Below, piece after piece: positions 54,776-64,000 of a stretch of 64,000 nucleotides of DNA. A model generated the notes under the pieces. The model saw only the letters and a list, made by a program, of their open reading frames with translations, was not told the DNA's origin and searched no databases. Both the position numbers and the translations under genes were made by a program. The first letter of the stretch is position 1. Each line of letters begins with the position of its first letter. The stretch lies in assembly GCA_030141605.1 (NCBI GenBank), contig JAQGDQ010000485.1, positions 1 through 64,000 of the forward strand. Reading direction: 5' to 3'. The stretch is from Tubiluchus corallicola (Eukaryota > Animalia > Priapulida).

Positions 54776-54992
54776 TTTACTATGGGACTATGTAGAAAAG
54801 TAAAAACCAGTCCTTGTGATCACTGTTCTCGTACAGATATACTTTTGTCTGTTTTTCATTTTGGCATTGGTCTACAAACTATGGAATTAACAACTCTGTC
54901 AACTATAAAACTAACTTACTTGCTTAAATAAAGTGTGGGTTTCTGGATCAAGAAGATCTTTGGTGATTGATGTTGCATTTCAGTGAATATTA

Positions 54993-55510
54993 CAGGGATT
55001 TTTCCCGGATATGCGGAATTCCGAGTTTTTGGAAGACCAGTATTTCCATTTTTGTAAATCGCGTAAATTCGTTGAGAAAATTTTTACGGACCCAGTACAT
55101 TATTTCACAAGCTGACCGCTAGTTGGCAGGCCGTCACTTTGTTTACATCACGTACATCAGTGTAACCACGTGTATATCTCTATGTATAAAAATATAGAAT
55201 CAATTGTGTGGAGCTATTTCAGTCAATTGCAGACAGTTTTTATATACTTTTGCATAGGAGTGGCCAGTGCTTAGGTGTTTTTGAGACAATTAGGTATCAT
55301 GTATCCTTGATAGTTGGGTATTTTAAATTATGCATGAAACAAGGTAATTAATATTTTAAGTCCATTTAGACGCTATCTATGGTTACAAAATTACAATTTG
55401 TTACTGGCTTCAAGGGGGTTTCGCCCCCTTGAACCCCATTGGGGGCCTACGCGGCCCTCAAACATCTGGCCTGTTCCACAGTTTTTTGCAATTTGTTATT
55501 CTCATCCCTG
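54993..55510 (+). mobile_element. CAGGGATGAGAA-TIR MITE family, copy 4, flanked by a 68-bp direct repeat
   Basis: caggga...ttctcatccctg; flanks 54925-54992 and 55511-55578 match at 61/68 positions. Confidence 0.87.
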
Positions 55511-56444
55511 TAAATAAAGTGTGGATTTACGGATCAGGAAAATCTTTGGTGGTTGATGTTTCATTTCAGTGAATATTAACGATGTGTGTAAAGCTCAATC
55601 GTATTTCTCTTTCTCAGTTGTTTTGCGTGGTACATTTAGAAACTGTTTTGTCCAGTTTGTCTGTCTGCATGTTGTAACCCATAACCTCAATAAAAAAGGA
55701 TGAACACTTTGGTACAGGTTGATTTCCTTTATTACTGTGCTCAAAAAAAGAAGTGAGGGCGGTGTAGAGGGGGTGGGTTTCAACATAAATTGCATCCTGA
55801 AATAACAAAAGTAAAAAGCAACACTTGGAACTTAATAATTCACTTAGGTTTAACACACTACAACAAAAATTAAATTTAAAGCACTAACCTCAGTTTAGGT
55901 AAAACAAAAAAACATAAAATATAATTTGAAGCAAACATACCTTAACAAACTACATTATGAAATTTGAAATCTGACCTTTACCAGCAGACTATGAAACCTA
56001 AACTACTACTGCCCAACGTAAAATAGCCAGGACTCCTGTTACACCTCATTAACTTTAGTTGAAACCCAGTAAATGGTTTGTAGATAGATAGTACAGTAAA
56101 CAGCTTAAGAAACAGGTAAATTATTTTTACAGGCAAACAACCAAAAGATGGCAGCACCTCCCTAAGATACTACCACTTTCTGCTAAGTCTAAGTCTAAAA
56201 AAAACTTAATTACAGCACAACTGCATAACAAAATGCATATTATTAAATTGTTTCCTAAACAATACAGAAACCTTGTGCGAATACAGTATCTGCTAAATGC
56301 GTTTCAGTAATCTTCAGGAGCTGCTGAAATTGTTTCTGTTCATTGAGGTTCTTAATTAGCTATGCCAGAGAGAAAAAAACTGACTTTTGTTTGTTACTGA
56401 GTAGATGTGGTATCATTTCTAGGTTGTTGCATAAACAAACCAAC

Positions 56445-57500
56445 ATGGAACCAGAAATCTACTTCAAATGTACAGCCTGTTCTGACTGTTTTATGTCAGA
56501 GGACGTCTTTTTTGCGCACACCCGTACTTGGCACTGTAAAATACTGATTAGTGAAGGCCAAGAAGCAGCCACTTCTTCTGACGATGATTTCACTGCTTCA
56601 GTCATTAAAAATTTCGATGTAGTCGACAATTCTTGCGTGTCCCGTGATATCTCTGCCAATGACGTCATCGGTAACGAACCTTGCGGTGACAATCATACTG
56701 GTTTTGATTCATTTATAACAACCAACAGCTTTGATGAAAATACTATAAAACTGGAGCCTGTCTCACATGTAGGTGGCACTTTTGTGACAGCCTTGAGTAC
56801 AGATGGCGTAACTCCTGTACACAGTAAAAGCGACATTTTTTCTCATGCTTGTAAAGATGACACGGCAGATAGTCAACCAAAGCTTGTTCAGGTTCATGTG
56901 CGTGAAATGAAACAAGTCACACGTCCACAGAAGCAGAAAGGAGTGAAAGTCGTACAACCATTTAGTAAGGCATCGCATTCTCAAAGTCAGACGTCAAGAA
57001 CAAGGCTTGCTGCAATGTCTAAAAGTGGAATGGCTGAACTCAGCATAGGTCAATGCATTGGGAAAAGGCAACGAAAACAGAGACCTTATTTTTGCCGGTT
57101 TTGCAAGAAGGAATTTAACGCTCCCTCGGATGTTTCGCGACACGAAAGAATTCACACAGGTGTAAGACCGTATATCTGTGATTTGTGTGGAAAAAGTTTT
57201 AATTTAGAAGGGAATCTAACGGCTCACAAGAAACTTCATACTGGTGAGAAGCCATATTCATGTTTCGTTTGCGGAAAAAGTTTCACTCGCGATGATTACC
57301 TAAAAACTCACATGAGAGTTCACACTGGTGAGAAACCATACACGTGCGAAAAGTGCGGTAAAGGTTTCAGTCGTCATGATTCCTTTAGGTCCCACATGAG
57401 AAGTCACAGTGATGAAAAACCTTTTGTGTGTTCTGTTTGCCAGAAAAGTTTTAGTCAGCTTTATCGCTTGAAGAAGCATATTGAGGTACATCAGAATTAA
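56445..57500 (+). CDS. ZNF-C: C2H2 zinc-finger protein (351 aa) with N-terminal Cys/His module and five fingers
   Basis: The ATG at 56445 (aacATGG) follows the acceptor catttctag, and the MEPEIYFKC start is shared with ZNF-D. The track's start at 56343 is a TTG in probable intron. Confidence 0.92.
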   Translation: MEPEIYFKCTACSDCFMSEDVFFAHTRTWHCKILISEGQEAATSSDDDFTASVIKNFDVVDNSCVSRDISANDVIGNEPCGDNHTGFDSFITTNSFDENTIKLEPVSHVGGTFVTALSTDGVTPVHSKSDIFSHACKDDTADSQPKLVQVHVREMKQVTRPQKQKGVKVVQPFSKASHSQSQTSRTRLAAMSKSGMAELSIGQCIGKRQRKQRPYFCRFCKKEFNAPSDVSRHERIHTGVRPYICDLCGKSFNLEGNLTAHKKLHTGEKPYSCFVCGKSFTRDDYLKTHMRVHTGEKPYTCEKCGKGFSRHDSFRSHMRSHSDEKPFVCSVCQKSFSQLYRLKKHIEVHQN

Positions 57501-58332
57501 AACAAAAGTGCAGTGACAAAGTGCCACTACAATGTGCACAGGTGTGACAAACCATCTATTATTTACGATATTTTTGTTTACTTGTTTGTCACCTTTTGAT
57601 TTCACAGTCAAGTTCTTTATAGTGATAGCTGTAGCACTTGCTAGTGTAATTTGATTATCTAATGAGAGTGCGTCATCATTTGCACGTGCTGCCCCCACTA
57701 ACACCTCCCCTCTCTATTATTAGACTAGAGAATATATTTGCTTATTTGCCTCCCACCGAGTGCTGTCTCCTATCCCACTACAATTCAGTGTCAGTAGTAA
57801 CTCCTCTCACCAAGTGAAACTTTGTTCAGTAATTGTATATGTTCTATTCTATTGTAAACTGGTCATTGTAGTGGTGTTTCTAATTTTTTGTATTCTTTAC
57901 CCTGTACTTCTCATTAAACACTTGTAGCATACCTAATTTTTTTATACATTCTTAGAATGCTATATAAATTACAGTAACCACAACTTAAAGTTTTAAAAAT
58001 TATGCATTTTTAAAACGCAATTTTTGAAAGATATTATTGGTTTTGTTTTAACTTTAACATGTAATTGTTCACATAGTGTCACGTGGGAATGCTCAAAGAC
58101 ACAGTAACGCCTGACTATTTTATGGCTATTGTGTGGATGCTTGTACTATGTTACTTGGTACTGTGTTACTTGTACTATAGCAGAAATGGGTAGCTGCGGG
58201 AATTATTCCTTTTTTCTGCACGTAACAACTTTGTTTGAGTGGGATGTCTTAGGAGAAATGTTCAACTTTCCTTTCGTTATCATTTTAGCGGACCCTGTTC
58301 ATCTGGTTGCACCCGGTCAGGTTTGAGAATTC

Positions 58333-58680
58333 TGTTGTGGAGATCCACTAGAATTAAATAGGATATTGTAGAATGTTCTATAGTATATTAGAAGAATCTT
58401 CTTACCTTGTAGAAGTTTCAAGAACTTCCTATTTCTAGATTGTTCCCTGGCACTGATATATAAGGCGGAGCTGGCCGCTGAAGTTTAGTCTCTCACATTT
58501 TCTTGTATCCTCGTATTCTCAGATACGCTTTTATGTTTCCAGATTATCACGTTTACTGTGAACAGTTCACGTTTCTTCATACTTTTGTGTTGTAGAATTC
58601 TCGCATAATAAACTAGTTTAATTTGACGAAGTGTTTTCTGCTTTTCTCTACGAGCCTTCCGAGAGAAACAAAACACAACA
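58333..58680 (+). mobile_element. Solo LTR, copy 4 (sense orientation)
   Basis: TGTTGTG...tatataa...aataaa...CACAACA; reverse complement of copies 1-3. Confidence 0.82.
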
Positions 58681-58770
58681 GATTGACTGAAAAGTATCTG
58701 AAATTCGAATCGTAGTCGGGTTCCTTCTAATGAGTTCGGGTGTGGTATAGTTGTGTGCAGATTGGGTTGG

Positions 58771-59655
58771 GCGTTAATGACACATTAAGTACCCACAGGT
58801 GGTAGTAACTTGTGTACGAAGTTCCACCTCAAAACAGAACAGTTATACTTACGAAGTCATGCGTTAATGACACATCAAGTACCCACAGATGGTAGTAACT
58901 TAAGTACAAAGTTCAACCTCAATCCATAACAGTTATACACTCGAGGTCATGCTTTAATGACACATCAAGTACCCACAGGTGGTAGTAACTTAAGTACAAA
59001 GTTCAACCTCAATCCATAACAGGTATACACTCGAAGTCATGCTTTAATGACACATCAAGTACCCACGGGTGGTAGTAACTTAAGTACAAAGTTCAACCTC
59101 AATCCATAACAGGTATACACTCGAAGTCGTGCTTTAATGACACATCAAGTACCCACAGGTGGTAGTAACTTATGTACAAAGTTTCACCTCAAAACAGAAC
59201 AGTTATACTTACGAAGTCATGCATTTATGACACATCAAGTACCCACAGATGGTAGTAACTTAAGTACGAAGTTCCACCTCAAAACAGAACAGTTATACTT
59301 ACGAAGTCATGCGTTAATGACACATCAAGTACCCACAGGTGGTAGTAACTTAAGTACAAAGTTCAACCTCAATCCATAACAGTTATACACTCGAGGTCAT
59401 GTTTTAATGACACATCAAGTACCCACAGGTGGTAGTAACTTAAGTACAAAGTTCAACCTCAATCCATAATAGTTATACACTCGAAGTCATGCTTTAATGA
59501 CACATCAAGTGCCCACAGGTGGTAGTAACTTATGTACAAAGTTCCACCTCAAAACAGAACAGTTATACTTACGAAGTCATGTGTTAATGACACATCAAGT
59601 GCCCACAGGTGGTAGTAACTTATGTACAAAGTTCCACCTCAAAACTGAACAGTTA
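58771..59655. repeat. 90-bp satellite, about 9.8 copies, with two unit subtypes
   Basis: Exact 90-bp period (atgacacatcaagtacccacaggtggtagtaactt...). Confidence 0.97.
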
Positions 59656-61004
59656 GGCTCTTACTGTTTTGGTGATATATTCAAACAGAGCTCACTCCTC
59701 ATTACAAATAATAATTTGTTGACAAACTGCATGTTTACATTGTTACAATTAACAAAACAATGCATAATTCACGTCTAATTTGTAAGTAAAGTAAGTTTCA
59801 TATGTATTGCTTACTGTGTAGTACATGTAATGCAGTCTTACGTGTGTTTGCCATGAAGTGTATGTTAACAAAATGGATTTTCATTCAGAAAGTAAATTGA
59901 GATGATACACAAGTTATTCAAGAAAGCAAAAATTTGGCCTCCGTTTTTGTGTCATACTCAGTGTGGTACATACTCTAGTGCATAACTTATGGTAATTTTT
60001 TGCTTCAACATACGGATGAACATTGGGCCTTTGTCGTTAACAGCTTTTTCAATTTTCTTGCATGGGACACCTTGAACAAAACTGGCCAAACTGCCCGCAA
60101 AAGTGAACTCATTTACAAAAATATGCTTCATAAATTTAACTGAATGGATGCAATGTAATTTCCAGGTTTCGATTACGGAATAAATCTTGAAGAGAAAAAG
60201 AAACAGACATGGAACCAGAAATCTACTTCAAATGCACAGCCTGTTCTGAATGTTTTATGTCTGAGGACATTTTCTTTGCGCACACCCGTACCTGGCATTG
60301 TAAGATCTTAGTTTGTGAAGGTCAGGATGCAGAGATGGAGGCTTCACATGAAGCTGTTAGGGACGTTGGTTCACTTCCAATAAAACAGGATATTTGTGAT
60401 GCAGAAGATGATGGCAACGTAGTTGATTATGTGCACCTCACTGACGACATTACGGATTATGATTCTTCTGTTCTACGCAGGAGTTTTAATCAAAATGCAA
60501 CTAAACTTGAACCGGAATTATATGCGAATTTTGCAGCTTATTCTGCAAATAGAACAGAATTGTCTCCTGCAAATGAAGAGGCTGATGTTATAGTTTTAAA
60601 TGAAGATGATGGAAGTAAAATGACAAAGCAAAAGAATTACAGTTCGCGCCAGTTTCCCGCAGAGCCCTGGAGTGCAGATCAGAAGTTATATCAACACGCT
60701 ACTAAACACCACACTACATTGAGGAGCGTTGCACAAAAACGCAGGTCATCAGTAGGTTCAAGTAGGTCAAATGTGTTGCAATTTGCCGGGGCAATGTCAC
60801 GTAAAAGTTATTCAGCGAGGAAAGATTCTGGCTTCAATACAAGTGGGAAGCCACACAGGGAGAGTGCTTTCATATGCAAGTACTGCAGAAAGGCATTTTC
60901 CTCAGCCAAGAATGTGCAAGAACATGAACGAATACATACTGGGGAAAAGCCTTACATTTGCAACCTGTGTGGGAAAGGTTTTTCTGTCGAGTGCAACTTG
61001 AAGC

Positions 61005-61514
<510 letters not shown>

Positions 61515-61812
61515 ACTAAGTCACACTGTAATTAATGAAGTAATTACAATTACTTATAATGTAATATAAGCTGCATAATTGTGATGTAAAGTGATTATAT
61601 GAAGTGACACAGTGATTTAGCATAGTTATGTTAGCCTGAACGATGTAGTTGATATTTATTTAGGATTTTTGTGAGTTTCTGAACCGCATTTTATCTTACC
61701 ATTACTTCCTTTAGCTTGAGGTTAATACTTCGAATTTTAACTAAAAGTTAGCTAAACATTTTTAGTATTTATTCTTTTTTCTCCTTTTTATGGTCTACTC
61801 TAGTTCATGTTG

Positions 61813-62198
61813 AATAAGTCTTTTCACAGTTCCAGTGATTGATGACGATCGTTAAAGGGTCAAAGGTCAAGTGTATTAGACCATGCATTTGTGTACACTT
61901 TGTGCAGCCCATGTTATTGTAATAGTATCAGTTTTAACAGCTAGCTAGGATCTTGCCTAGTTCATTTTTTCTTGTTTCCAAGCAAAATCTTGCTAGTAAG
62001 TCACTCCACGTGCAGACTAATGTGTAATATATAAGGTGCAAGTAAAACAACTGAAGTTACTGAACTGGTGTGGCATACGGCTTTGCTTTACATACCTGTC
62101 ACACCACAGTTGTAGTTCAGATGCGTTGCTGTGGTACACTTAACCTTTGACCTACAGCAAGTGTGCGTGCACACCACGAAATTGTGAAAAAGCTCATT
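61813..62198. mobile_element. MITE-like element related to 14672-15358, with a single core unit
   Basis: Termini cttttcacagtt / aattgtgaaaaag; subterminal GGGTCAAAGGTCAAGTG / CACTTAACCTTTGACCT. Confidence 0.75.
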
Positions 62199-62624
62199 GT
62201 TTCATAATGTCTACTTGATCACTTAAGAGTCTTATGGAAATGCCTAGAGTATGTCTGCGTATGGTCAAAATAAATGAAGATTTAAAAGGGAAAATAACAT
62301 AATCACTCTGGTTAACTCATGTCAGATTAACTCTGGCTTTCTCTTAGTTCATCTCATCTAAAACCTCCTCGTTTCATCTTCCTTCTGATGCCCGATCTCA
62401 TCATCTCTGGAAATTTCAGTTGTGCTGAGTTAACTTGATTGTAGGTCAAATAACATTTCACTTAACGTATGACGAAAATAAAATAAGCGTTCAAGAATGA
62501 AAATTTATCGTCAAATTTTTCTTGTGAATTTGTACGGATTTTTTTTACGAGATTTTTACTTGGTATGGGATTTGGCATATATTTCATTACAGGGTCTCAA
62601 TGATTGTGATTGGTTTGAATTGTA

Positions 62625-63106
62625 CAGTCCGCCTCGGATATAAGGGACACCTCGGGCTGGAAAAAACCTTCCGTGATATCCGATGTCCCTTAGAGCCGAA
62701 GTTGAGTCAGGAGGCGGGTGTATCTAGACCTGTACTTTTTTGTACTTTTACCCATATTTTTATGGATTATTGCTACACATTCAATGCAAACGGTATGTAG
62801 GAAGTTCCTTCAGTGATGCGAGATGTATGTGACCACAGAAACCGAGCTGTTCGAAGGCTGAGTTTGCGAAAAATTGAGGTGAAGAATCGATCAATTTCGC
62901 TTTGATCACAGGGTTCCTTATATGCGAGGTAATTTACCTAGGTTTCTATTACGTAGGACCTGAAGATCTCGTCCCTTATAACCGAAAGTCCCTTATATCC
63001 GTGTACCTTATATACGAATATTTTTACATAGGAAAAGCGTTGCGAAAAATTGGGACCAGTGTTGGTGGTCCCTTATAAGCGACTACCTTATACCCGAGAT
63101 TGACTG
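62625..63106. mobile_element. pogo/Tigger-like MITE, copy 2
   Basis: ta-CAGTC...GACTG-ta; homologous to 18877-19356. Confidence 0.82.
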
Positions 63107-63410
63107 TATTAAGAGTATTGCAGATCCCAACTCCTTTCTGAGGATGATACTGTTGAAACAAAGACACAACTCTTAGTTATAATATGACCTATGTCAAGTA
63201 AGCTGTTCGTTTGTTGTTGCTGAGTATTTTATACATTCATTGCTTTATAATAGATACAGTTTGTTCTACATAAGTGCAGCACATCCAAATCAAGCCAGTG
63301 AATTAGGAGGGCTGCAGAGAGGACATGCAAACGTGAAAACAGTTCTAGAAAATAGATTTATTATAACTATTATGCTATTGATAGGTCTGTGAGGATGGCA
63401 TTCTTGATTC

Positions 63411-64000
63411 ACGTGAGATTGTGCTTAACGTGAAGAATTGCTAGTAAAGATTTACTTGAGATTGTACTTAATGTGAAGAATTGCTTATAAAGATTTACGT
63501 GAGATTGCACTTAACGTGGAGAATTGCTTATAAAGATTTACGTGAGATTGCACTTAACGTGGAGAATTGCTAGTAAAGATTTACGTGAGATTGCGCTTAA
63601 CGTGGAGAATTGCTAGTAAAATTTACGTTGGATTGCGACTTAATGTGAAGAATTGCTAATAAAGATTTATGTTAGATTGTACTTAATGTGAGGAATTGCT
63701 AATAAAGATTTACGTGAGATTGTACTTAATGTGAAGAATTGCTAGTAAAGATTTACGTGAGATTGTACTTAATGTGAAGAATTGCTAATAAAGATTTACG
63801 TGAGATTGTACTTAATGTGAGGAATTGCTAATAAAGATTTACGTGAGATTGTACTTAACCTGAAGAATTGCTAGTAAAGATTTACGTGAGATTGTACTTA
63901 ATGTGAAGAATTGCTAATAAAGATTTACGTGAGATTGTACTTAACGTGAAGAATTGCTAATAAAGATTTACGTGAGATTGTACTTAACGTGAAGAATTGC
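63411..64000. repeat. 43-bp minisatellite, more than 13 copies, running off the window edge
   Basis: Unit acgtgagattgtacttaatgtgaagaattgctaataaagattt. Confidence 0.97.

Noticed and set aside
56343-56444. N-terminal extension of ZNF-C in the ORF track
   Set aside because: It starts at TTG upstream of a splice acceptor, and paralog alignment places the start at ATG 56445.
59137-59778. ORFs with 30-aa repeats (MTHQVPTGGSNL...)
   Set aside because: They are a by-product of the 90-bp satellite, and B-type units contain in-frame stops.

Overview
AT-rich, repeat-dense eukaryotic genomic DNA that looks like an invertebrate animal; there are no prokaryotic hallmarks. The left part holds the last five exons of a pentraxin-domain gene with an unusual C-terminal helical tail. 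The ORF track misses this gene, and I assembled it from GT-AG sites with consistent phases. A probable small three-exon, two-transmembrane gene lies at 20.1-25.2 kb. The right half holds a loose cluster of four single-coding-exon C2H2 zinc-finger genes. One is a 21-finger frame broken by two in-frame stops. The other three share a conserved, atypical N-terminal Cys/His module, a linker KxE motif and divergent finger arrays, an architecture reminiscent of KRAB/ZAD-type families. The rest is decayed transposons (Tc1 derivatives, piggyBac/pogo/hAT-like MITEs, Helitron ends, Merlin, Sola-like, Gypsy fragments, solo LTRs, several LINE clades) plus micro- and minisatellites. All family assignments come from motif recognition by eye, with no database search.
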